Positions 1 to 10,411 of a stretch of 64,000 nt of DNA are shown piece after piece. The DNA lies in the NCBI RefSeq assembly GCF_038025025.1, contig NW_027117338.1:248001-312000 (forward strand), given 5' to 3'. The translations under genes were made by a program, and so were the position numbers. The notes beneath the pieces are model-generated. The model did not search any database. It had not been told where the DNA came from and worked only from the letters and a program-made list of their open reading frames with translations. The stretch comes from Phyllosticta citribraziliensis (Eukaryota). Position 1 is the stretch's first letter; each line of letters begins with the position of its first letter.

Positions 1-1100
1 GGCGGATCCCAGAGTTCTGCTGCAGAAGGTGAGTGAACGGCCCTGGGCCCCACGTTGAGTCCTACAGGTGCTCATGCGCCATCCAGGCAGACAAAGCTGC
101 CGCATCGGCGGGTTCCGGCTTCAGCTTCTTCGGCGGTCGCTCCGAGAAGTACGAAAATGCCGTCGAACTCTACAAGGACGCCGCGAACGCCTTCAGGATT
201 CAGAAGCAGGGTCCGTCAACGTCTTTAGCTACTTTGAGACGTTCAACGTGCTGAGAGCTGCGTCACAGGCAAAGAAGCTGGCCAGGCATTTGAGCGCGCT
301 GCGGACCTCCAAGCCGACCCAAGCAAATTGAACGAGCCTGACGATGCGGCAAACACCCGCGCCGACGCTGCCAACGCGTATTGGAAAACCGACCCCGAAG
401 ATGCCGCGCGCTGCATGGACCAGGCCATAGAACACTACGTCAGAAAAGGCAACTTTCGACGAGCGGCGACCGCGAAACAGAAGCTGGCCGAGTTGTTCGA
501 GGTCGAGGTTGGCGACCAGAAGAAGGCGCTTGAGCAGTACGAGACCGCAGCGAGTTGGTACGAGGACGACAGGGCTGAGGCGTAAGTCAACTTCCCAAGC
601 CGTCCATTCTTGGTGCTTATTACGTGTCGTAGCTTGGCCAACAAGATGTGGCTCAAGGTCGCGGACTTGGCAGGTCTCGAGGGAGACTACTACAAAGCCA
701 GCGACATTTACGAGAAGGTCGCTCGTTCTAGTATTAACAATAATTTGATGAGATGGTCCGTCAAGGAGTACCTTTTCAAGGCTGGTATCTGCCAACTGGC
801 GACCAACGTACGTATTCGCGCAAATCTTGCGTAGGAATCACTAAACTAACGGGATAACAGGATCTGGTTGGCACCAACCGAGCCATGGAGCGTTTCCGTG
901 AAATCGACCACACCTTCCCAGCTCAAAGGGAGCACCAGCTGCTTGTGGACCTCATCCAAGCTCTTGAGCAGTCTGATGAGGCTGCCTTTTCCGAAAAGCT
1001 TTTCCAATTCGATCAGTTGTCGACGCTGGACAAGTGGAAGACGACACTCCTCTTGCGGGTGAAGAACAACATCCAGGAAGAGGAAGAGGACTTTTCTTAG
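1..1100 (+). CDS. SEC17: Alpha-SNAP, vesicular fusion protein Sec17. Exons <1-28, 87-210, 269-581, 633-807, 861-1100; the ATG straddles the window edge
   Basis: Spliced frame reads (M)ADPRVLLQK-ADKAAASAGSGFSFFGGRSEKYENAVELY...NNNLMRWSVKEYLFKAGICQL...LDKWKTTLLLRVKNNIQEEEEDFS. The four GT-AG introns (29-86, 211-268, 582-632, 808-860) all keep frame. Confidence 0.95.
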
Positions 1101-1631
1101 AGGCGCTCGTAGAGACTTGTTTGAATGCTGCACTGCTGGATCTGTTTTCTCTCTCCATTTCCGGGCGACTGAGATTGTGGAGGGGTTTCTTAATGTTTAC
1201 CTTACAATACGCAAATACCAATGAATGACATTGGATCAGGGCAAGCCACCACCTCGGACATACGCTCGTAGTACATTCACGACCACCACTCTGCTCTAGA
1301 CGATGATGTACCACGCAAGCGGAAGTGGTTGAGGCTTTTGAGGCTGTGCACGTGAAACGCTGCTTATGAAGATGCTGATGAAGTGAACATCCCAGACCCT
1401 GGAATTCGGGCACCGCCAAGCCGTCTACGTCATCGCAGTGCCGGTGCGTTCCTGCATCACTCACCAGGTGTTCACTTCGACCTTGCATCGCACCATCTAG
1501 AAAAGGCGAGCAATGTCCCTACACTAAGCTTCATTCAAAGCTTGTCCACCACCCACAGCACACCCTCAAAGAGCATAATTCAATTAACGTTTACGTTTCC
1601 AAGACCGCCCAATCGGGAAGCATATCCGGCC

Positions 1632-3774
1632 ATGTCGAAGAAGTTCGCCAAAAACATGCCGTGGTCTCACGGCAAGGACCAGAAAAAGGAGAACGAGCAG
1701 AGCTTGACGACGGTGCTCGAGACGCCGGAGCAGCGCGGCGACCTGACGCTCCTGCTGGCCAGCTGCACCGAGTCGATGCGCAAGACGCTGGCGGACGCGT
1801 TTGAAGTGCAGCTGGCGAGCCCCCAAAAGGCCGACGCCAGCGCCGAAAAGGGAAGCGACAAAGGCCAGAAGAGCAAAGCCGAAGCGGATCCCGTCAAAGC
1901 GGCAGCGGACGCAGCCGAGAGACAACGCAAAGAGCGCGACAAGCTCGAAAAGGAGCTATCAACGCCCAAAACGCAAGAGTTGAAGCTGGCGGCGCTGGAG
2001 TTCTTCGAGCAGTGGCGCGAGATGGTGCTGCATCGGGTCGGCGAAGCGGTCAACGCGACGGACGCGGCGAAGGCGCAGAAGAAGGAGGCGAGAGCGCAGG
2101 CGGAGCCGGAGCGCAAGACGCAAGAGAGGGAGCTGGAGCCCGAGGACGGCGACGAGCCAGCCGCTTCGGTGCTCAGCCAGCTGTATCCACCGCAGGAGAC
2201 GCCGTTGGCGCAGTTGCCGCGCGAGAAGCGCATCTTGATTTTGCACTCGTTGCTGCTGCTGTTGCTGGGGCTGGAGGCTTATTTGAGCCACTCCCGCGTT
2301 TTGCTGTTGCATGTCACGAGCAGTTTGAAGCTGGACCTCAAGCTGCTGACGGAGGATGAAGAAAAGATTGCTAAGGGGCTGTTGGAAGCGGCCAGTGAGA
2401 TGTCTGCGGACGACGAGACGAAGAAGAAGGTGGATCAAAACGCCACAAGTCGCAAATGGAAGGTTGGCATTGCCTCTGTCGCTGGAGCTGCCGTCATTGG
2501 TCTGACTGGCGGTCTTGCTGCTCCTTTGGTTGCTGCTGGTATTGGTGAGCCTTCTTCAGCTCTTTCACCCAACCGTAAACTGACAGATGCAAGGAACCGT
2601 AATGGGCGGTCTTGGACTTGGAGCCACGGCTGCTGCTGGGTACTTAGGCGCTCTGGCATCCAGCGGAGTTCTTGTCGGCGGCCTCTTTGGCGCCTACGGA
2701 GGCCGGATGACGGGGCAGATGATGGACCAATACGCGAAAGAAGTGGAAGACTTTGGCTTCATGCCATTGCATCAGCACAAGAAGCCGAAAGACTCGGAGA
2801 AGGACTTCCGACGACTGCGCATCGCCATCGGCATCTCCGGCTGGCTTACCAACAAAGAAGAAGTGGTCGAGCCCTGGCGTGTCCTTGACGCCAGCATCGA
2901 GGGATTTGGCCTGAGGTACGAGCTAGAAACCATGCTCAACCTGGGAACAGGTCTCGTCGGTATGGCCAAGAGCGCGGCATGGAACGTTGCGAAGAGCGAA
3001 GTGATAAAGCACACCGTGTTTGCCAGTCTCGCTGCGGCCCTGTGGCCTATCAGCCTTCTCAAGATTTCACGAGTCGTGGACAATCCGTTTAGCGTTGCAA
3101 AGTCGCGGTCTGACAAGGCTGGCCAGGTGCTTGCGGATGCGCTGATCAACAAGGCTCAGGGCGAGCGTCCTGTGACATTGATCGGGTACTCGCTGGGTGC
3201 GAGAGTCATCTACTCATGCTTGCAGTCTCTGGCAGACCGCAAGGCGTTTGGACTCGTCGAGTCTGTTGTCCTCCTTGGAGCTCCCACGCCCTCGACTGCT
3301 CCCGAATGGCGCCGGATGCGCGCAGTAGTCAGTGGGCGTCTCGTCAATGTGTACTCTGTCAATGACTACATCCTCGCCTTTTTGTACCGCACCAGCAGCG
3401 TCCAGTATGGTATCGCCGGACTGCAAAAAGTCGAGTGCGTCAAAGGCATCGAGAATGTTAACGTCAGCGACATGGTCAGCGGACACACGGCATACCGGTA
3501 CCTCACGGGCAGGATCCTGCGGAAGATTGGGTTTGAAGACGTGAATCTGGCGGAAGTGGAGAGGGAGGAACGAGAGATGAAGGAGGCCGAGGCTAAGGAC
3601 GCAAAGGAAAAGGAAAAGAAGAAGGGCAAAAATGAAGATGCGGAGAAGGAGGCTGCAGAGATTGAGGAGAAGGCTAGACAGAAGAGCAAGACGGGTAAGA
3701 TGGAGCATGCGACTGAGAAAATGAAGTTGGGGGGAGGGAAAAGCGCCAAGGGCACAGATGCGCCGGCAAAGTGA
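1632..3774 (+). CDS. DUF726 (TMCO4/Mil1-like) alpha/beta-hydrolase-fold membrane protein; intron 2545-2593
   Basis: KWKVGIASVAGAAVIGLTGGLAAPLVAAGIG-TVMGGLG hydrophobic segment, RPVTLIGYSLGARVI (GxSxG) and VVSGRLVNVYSVNDYIL. A 49-nt intron joins ORFs 1383 and 2587 in frame. Confidence 0.88.
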
Positions 3775-4266
3775 GGACGAGCAGCAACAAGACACTATGT
3801 AGATTAGCAATGACAGGACCGGCAATGAAGTAACGAATGATGTACCAGTAATGAGTGGTAAAACGCACCGACAGGCTCGTGCTCAAGGCCAGCAACAGGT
3901 GAGGACGGGATGCGCGTGGTGTTGACGTTGGGTCCAACCAAGGGACGTGACTTCCCTTTGTAGCCAGGCGACTTCCCAGGCTGGGCCAAAACACCAGGCA
4001 CCCACGCGCGTGGCCCAGCGCAAGCACAAGCACGGCAATCGCGTCTGGATCCGTGCTCAAACAGGTGCCATAAAAGAGTCCCCTCGCGGCGTCCTCCTCC
4101 ACTCCTCTTCACCACCCTCCTCTCAACTCTCAACTCTCAACCTCTGCCCTCCACCTCCACCCACCATCTTGCCTGCTCTTCCAACAACATCGTCTCTTAC
4201 CTGCTTCGCGCCACTCACCAAACACCAGCTCACCAATTCAATCGGTTTCTCCGTCGATCAGCCAAC

Positions 4267-5320
4267 ATGTCCGGATACCGTGCCAACTCTGCCTACCGTG
4301 AGGCCAAGTGAGTCACGTCTCACCCCAGGAATACTCCATGTCGAGACTCTTGCTGACTTTTCAAGTGTGAGGAACGTCAGTCTGCCCGACCAGTATGATC
4401 TCACCGCCTCAGCTTGTCATGGCATCCGCTCACTCTGCTTAGGATCAAGTGCCAGCGATGCAGCAAGCGCAAGGCCCAGCGCAACTACTCCAACAAGCAA
4501 CTCAACGATGCGAAAGAGAAGGTCCGTAGAGGACAGGAGGTCACTGCCGTCTGCATGACATGCAATGGCCAGCCGCCAGTGGAGCTTGAATGTCAGCGCT
4601 GTGACGCTTGGAAGCCTCTCGACGAATTCTCCAAGGTGCAGCGCAAGAACCCCGACCACGCTGTGAGTTGAGTCTTGAACACTTCAGAGAGATTGCGCTA
4701 AGCATACTGCAGGTTTGCGAGAAGTGCATGGCCGTCCAGGTGGAGATCGAACCGGTCGAGGCCAGTGGCATTCGTGGAGCGGAAGATAGCGATGACGACG
4801 GCGGCGAGGACGATGGAAATACTCATTTCACGCCTTGGGGTCCCACGACTGCCGCCCCCACCAACGAGGGCCAGAGTGTCGACCTCCTTGGAATGTCCAG
4901 TCGTCCTGCTGCGACCACCACGGCCCCCAGCAGCAGTGGTTTCAACCCAAACTCGTACGCTGCTACTGCCCGCGCTTCGTCCACCACTGGCTCCACGAGG
5001 GCCAATGCTGCTGCTGACACGGTCAAGAGCAGCAGTGGTTTCGGCGGATTCAACCCCAATGCGTACGGTGCTGCTTCCCGTGCTTCTTCCACCACGGGCT
5101 CCATGAGGGCCAATGTCCCGGCCAGTCGCAGCAGCGCCTTTCCGAAGGTCCCCGCCTACGTGAGTTTCCCTACCTACTTTTGCATACCATGAGACTGATG
5201 CCGCAGCAGAAGCCTCCCAAGCAGCAGCAGCAGGACGACGACTATGACAATGATCAAGATGCCTGGGCTGGAAACCAGCAGGACGATGATGAAAGCAGCG
5301 ACGAGGATACCAGGATGTGA
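4267..5320 (+). CDS. Stc1-domain (tandem zinc-finger, LIM-like) protein, about 282 aa. Exons 4267-4307, 4366-4392, 4443-4662, 4713-5159, 5207-5320
   Basis: IKCQRCSKRK..NYSNKQL...CMTC...ELECQRCDAWKPLDEFSKVQRKNPDHA-VCEKC (four CxxC pairs, FSKxQ motif) followed by an acidic, disordered tail. Four GT-AG introns keep frame. Confidence 0.75.
4928..5116 (+). repeat. Two-copy (about 100 bp) coding duplication inside the Stc1-like gene
   Basis: SSSGFNPNSYAATARASSTTGSTRAN versus SSSGFGGFNPNAYGAASRASSTTGSMRAN, also visible at DNA level. Confidence 0.85.
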
Positions 5321-5404
5321 TTTTCCATCAAGCAGTGTGCCTGAACTGACGGATGGATGCTCCTCTTGACGACAGCCTAGTGGGTTCTGAAAGGCACTGG
5401 TTTG

Positions 5405-5708
5405 TGGTCCTTACTTTCCTTGATTTTCATTGCTTGCAGTGGTAGCAAGCTGGTATGGGGGATTTGCCCGAGGGGCTCGGCTGGGCTGGTCTTTGCTTTC
5501 CTTAATTCTTCTTTGCTTGCTGTGGCAGCAAGCTGGTATGGGGGGTTTGCCCGAGGGGTTCGGCTGGGCTGGTCTTTGCTTTTCTTAATTCTTCATTGCT
5601 TGCTGTGGCAGCAAGCTGGTATGGGGGGTTTGCCCGAGGGGTTCGGCTGGGCTGGTCTTTGCTTTTCTTAATTCTTCATTGCTTGCTGTGACAGCAAGCC
5701 GGTACGGG
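5405..5708. repeat. 83-bp minisatellite, about 3.7 near-identical copies
   Basis: The AGCAAGC(T/C)GGTA anchor recurs at 5444, 5527, 5610 and 5693 (period 83). Confidence 0.95.
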
Positions 5709-6065
5709 AAGTTGCTTTAGGAACTCGGATAGCCAGAAAAGGAATGAGACAGACATTGTATTTTGATTGATGGCTTCACGGTGGGTGCAGCAATGAAGGA
5801 CAGCTCCCTAAGCGCGTCTGCCATGGCGGACGGTGGAGTGGAAAATTTGTGCACAGACCAGTCACCTGACTTCGCGATGGATTACGGAAGGCGCGTCGCC
5901 TTGACCCGGTGGCGTTACTTCGTCTACCACTTTACCTCCATCACTCTACACCTCTTGTCTTTCGCTGCGCTCTCTTCTTGAGCTTCTCCGTCCCTCGCTC
6001 CATCCTCTGAAGTCGAACGTTGAGCCTCCGTCGACGCAAATCCTCATCCCCCTCGCTACGCAGCC

Positions 6066-8178
6066 ATGTATGTGCCGTGTCGCTCATCTTGGACATTTCT
6101 GACAAGTTACAGGACGGGGAGGAGGCAGACTGGCAACCGCATCCGTGGCCCGTACGTTCTGCCCATACCCTCGCGATTGAAGCGCTCGGCGCTTTCAACT
6201 CTCCATTGCTGACCTTGCCTCAGAAATTCGGCCTTGACGGACTTTTTGGCAGTAAGTGACGCAATGTCCGAGACGAGCGTGGATATCTGACCAACGTTAC
6301 ATTCAGGCAAACAACATTTCTGCTGCGCAGATCAGAGATGACTACGAACGCCGCCGCAGAGAAGCTGCCGGTGAGCCAAATCCCGACGATACAAACGGCG
6401 ACGCCCAGGTCCCCGACGAGCCTACAACCGCACAGGCCTCGGCCTTACACAATAATGAGGAGGAGGAGGAGGTAGAAGAGGAAGAAGTGGAGGCAGAATC
6501 GTCAAGATCTTCAAAGAGAAAACGTAAGGCAAACGAGGCTGCAGCGGAAGCAAAGAAGCTGGCCAAGATCAAGAAGAGCAAGGCATTCCAGCGCCGCAAG
6601 GCTGCCCGTGACGCTGATGGCGGCGACAGCGACTCTGAGTACGACGATATCTTGGCCCGCGAGATGTACAAGAAGACTCAGCCGCCACCGGGCCAGTTAG
6701 ACAACTGCGAGATTTGCAGCAAGCGGTTTACCGTCACGTCCTACAGTAAGACAGGCCCCGATGGAGGCCTGCTATGCACCCCATGCGGCAAGGAGCTGGC
6801 GGCCGAAGAAGGCTCCAAGAAGCCGAAGAAGCAATCCCAACAGAAGAGGAAGCGCAAGCTCGAGAGCGACCGCATGGAAGCCTCACACAAGTCCCATGGC
6901 GCCAAATCCTTGCAACAGCTTTGCATCGAAAAGGTCGCGCAGCACCATGAAGACGTCGAGGAATTCGGAGAGCTGCCTGAAAAGGTGCTTGAGAGGCTTG
7001 GAGAAATCTTCTCGAAGCAGCGCGTCATGACACCTCGCACCTTGAGACTCTTCCTCCGATCAGACCTTGATGCTATCGCTGTTCATGATGCAGCATATCT
7101 TGAGACGGAGGACTACAACCACATGCTTGCCAGCGTCCCGCACATCGAAAAGATCGTCCTCAGGAACGCTTGCCAGTTCAAGGATGAAAACATCGAGTAC
7201 ATGCTGGACAAGTGCAAGAACGTACGCTTCCTCCACCTCTACGCTTCCAACCTCGTCACCGACAGGGTCTGGAAGGAACTGTTCCTTCGACAGGGTGAAA
7301 AGCTCGAGCACCTCAAGCTCGCCTGGCTTGATGCATCCTTTGACGACAAAGTTGTTGACGACATGGTCCAATTCTGCCCCAATCTGGTCGGCTTGAAGCT
7401 CAAGCTGTGCCGTCGATTCACCGCCGCTGCAATTGACTCGATCGCGCGCCTTAAAAAGCTTCAATTTCTCTCGCTCCAGACAAACGCGGATGTCGATTCG
7501 GAGTGCCTCATCAATCTCATCAAGTCTGTCGGCCATGGCTTGCAAACTTTGTCTCTTGAGCACTTCCTCGAAGCCGACGATGATGTTCTCAACATCATCC
7601 ATGACCAGTGTCGCAACTTGCGAAAGCTGCGCTTCTCAGAAAACGACTACTGTACCGACGCTGCATTCACGGCCTTGTTTACCGACTGGGCAAATCCACC
7701 TCTCAGGTTTGCCGATTTCAACTCTACCCGCGACGTCGACAACTCCAATCCAAAAGGTCCCGAGGAACCCATTGGCCTTGCGTCAAATGGATTCAGAGCG
7801 CTCATGAAACACTCGGGCGCTGGACTTGAAGTCCTCAACCTCGCGAGCTGCCGCCACATCACCAACAAGGCATTCTGGGACGTCTTTTGCGAGGGAAACT
7901 TCTACCCCAAGCTCAAGAAGATTGACATCAGCTTCTGCAACACGGTCGACACGATGATCGTTGCTGGCATTTTCAAGTCCTGTCCAAAGCTGGATCGCCT
8001 CATCAGCTTCGGCAACTTCAGCATCGAAGATGTCGTGGTTCCTCGCGGCATTGTGCTGATTGGCGTCCCCAAGGCCCAAGACGCGATTGAGCAGGTGGGT
8101 ACGGCCGTCGGCGACGATGTGGGAGGCTTCATGGACTCGCTGGGAGCCATGGGCTCGATGGTCGGCGCTGCCGCGTAA
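6066..8178 (+). CDS. RAD7: Nucleotide excision repair protein Rad7/Rhp7 (C4 zinc motif plus LRRs). Exons 6066-6067, 6113-6151, 6224-6251, 6307-8178
   Basis: Spliced N-terminus MTGRRQTGNRIRGPNSALTDFLAANNISA; PGQLDNCEICSKRFTVT...LLCTPC; SLQQLCIEKVA (BC-box-like); LRRs; C-terminal VVVPRGIVLIGVP. Confidence 0.9.
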
Positions 8179-9514
8179 GTTGATGACGCGGTGTGGACAT
8201 GACGTGGGCGTTGCACGGCGCTCGACGAATGACGGCGCTTATTTTCGCTCAACGGAACCTCAACGACAGGCTTTACGATTGCTTCTTTTTTTTGCTCTCT
8301 CGGCTTTTCGCTACAACGTGGGTTTGCTTTTCTTTGATGGTGGTGGGCTCATGGCGAAACAAACAGGACTTGCTTCTTTGCTTTCGTTTCTGGACAGGCG
8401 TAGTTTAGCACCAGCGCAAAAAGGGGTGGGATGCAATACTGCGGGCGGACCTTGAGGAGTATGGGAATAGCTTACTGGGTTATGAAAGTAGCTGGAATGG
8501 AAATTTGCTCCTTGTTCGCTTGCTCGTCGGTCTTGACGTCTTTGCCATCTCTTGAATGGGGTTCGCTCTGTGGTGGATGCTGATATGAAAAGATGCAAAT
8601 GGGTAGGGAGAAGCAGTACTGACGCTATTCCACGCAACGCCATCGATGGTGTTCAACATCATCGACCGATACTAGACTCCCTCACACTGGGAGCATCCAC
8701 GCGCACGATCAGAGCACTCACGGACAACAGACTTCCGCCCTGAAGCACGACAAAGACTGCACCTGATCCTCAACCCCGGTACCGGTACCTTCTCAGCATT
8801 CACATGCCATGCCAGCAGTCTCTGATGCCGGCACATCCACCATGACGGCGCTGTCACGCTTGTGTTATGCGTCACAGCTTGTCACACCACCACGTGCTCA
8901 CCACTTCTTCTAAGTCACCGCTGCTGCCTACCATGCCCCGTCGGTAGGTATATAAAGCCCTGCTCCCCGCCGCCGACGATGCAGCAAACCAGGGAGAAGG
9001 CGGCGGTGGCCTCCGGAAAACATTCGACAGACAAATCCTACTCGCCTGGCCTGCCCGTCTTCTACCCAGAAGAAGAATTCCACTGGCGTGGTTGGAGGTG
9101 GGCGGTTCTTGGGTGCGGCGCTTGGTAGGTGGTGTTGAGCTAGAGCGTCTGGTGGATGTAGTGAAGCAGCGTTATGGCGTGGTGATGATGTCTGACAACG
9201 TCACATTATTCCACTAATCTCTAGGTGTCTAGCTAGTTAGAGCGTGGTGCCGCCAACAGAACCAAAAAAGCCAGTCTGTAAGGCGTGGTTGCACCTGAGA
9301 GTATACCAGCTCTCTGAAAACTTTCTCTCTCACACAGATGGGAGCTGCAGTTGTCAAATTTTCTGGCGGAGGGATGATTAGCGCTTTTATTGATTTGATA
9401 GTTGGTCCGAGGGTTGCGGGTGCCTGGAGTGCTGGCCATGTGGTTGGTCTGAGTTAGTCATTTTGAGGTGTTGTTGACTGAGGTGTTGCGGTTACCTATG
9501 TTGGTGTGCGTGTA

Positions 9515-10202
9515 CACGTGGATGCTCCTACTGCGTGACGCTTCTATTGGAACCTACTAGGAGCTCATGGCTGCTGCACCTTCTTATGAAAGTAAAGAAT
9601 TCAAGCGGCTGGTCAAGAACTGTGCCTGACGTTGTAGTTAAAAAGAAGTTGGTGTGTAGTTCCCTGTTCCTAAGCCATATGGTACCGTACCAGATTAGGC
9701 AGTATCACGTGAAAATTTACCAATCAACCACTCACTAAAATAGAAGAGATCTGCAACCTCCAGCAAGCTCCAGATAACAAAGCTCACCATGCCCACAAGA
9801 ATTGATGAAATCCATCACGCCAACAAATTCACGTGCGTGAGCGCTCCCCCAACACCATTGGCGCTTTCCCTGTTTGCACATTTACCTTTTAGTTCCCCGC
9901 GGCGATCCCATCACGACATCGCGGGGCAAGATGATGGTATCCCGCCCATGTCCCGCCCTCGATGCAACCTGACGCGCAGCGCTTGTGGCGGCCGTTCGGC
10001 GACGAGAAGCCTAAGCGATCTGCTCCAAGCCTCGAGGGTCCAATTGAATGGCCGCAAAGGCAGAGGGTCTGGCTGCTGCGTGGAAAGACTGGTGCGAACT
10101 GACGACTGGGCGACTCATTGAGCTTCGGGACGGGAAATCAGGGTCCATCAACCCATCACCTCATAGCCTAAAGATAACACTTACAGTTCGCAAGTTGCGC
10201 AA
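9515..10202. promoter_or_regulatory. Putative sulfur-regulon elements upstream of the MDR-SfnG gene
   Basis: CACGTG 9515-9520, TCACGTGA 9705-9712 and TCACGTG 9829-9835 (Cbf1-type E-boxes); ATCACGCCAA 9814-9823; bZIP-type palindrome TTGCGCAA 10195-10202. Confidence 0.3.
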
Positions 10203-10411
10203 GCTCGTTCGCCATCCCAGTCGGCTTCGCGAGCTTTGATGCAGAGAGTTTTCGGAATAACCCTCCGCGCAGCTTCTCTCATCGACCATGGATCATGTTC
10301 CGACTCCTTGCTCCTCTGATCTTGCTTGTCGTCATTTGGTACATACTTAACGCACTCATTCTCCTCTGCCGTTGCCTGTTGCTCCTCTTGTCCAAACTCT
10401 GGTCTTTCGCC

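Noticed and set aside
1383..1631. Upstream non-ATG extension of the DUF726 ORF (similarly 34075-34281 and 48398-48559)
   Set aside because: UTR-like composition without coding-type codon bias, unlike the PHO91 leader.
5405..5708. Possible CRISPR-like array
   Set aside because: The units are contiguous and near-identical with no unique spacers, and the context is eukaryotic.
8460..9500. Possible degenerate gene or transposon relic
   Set aside because: Only short frames; no recognisable transposase or RT motif and no terminal repeats.
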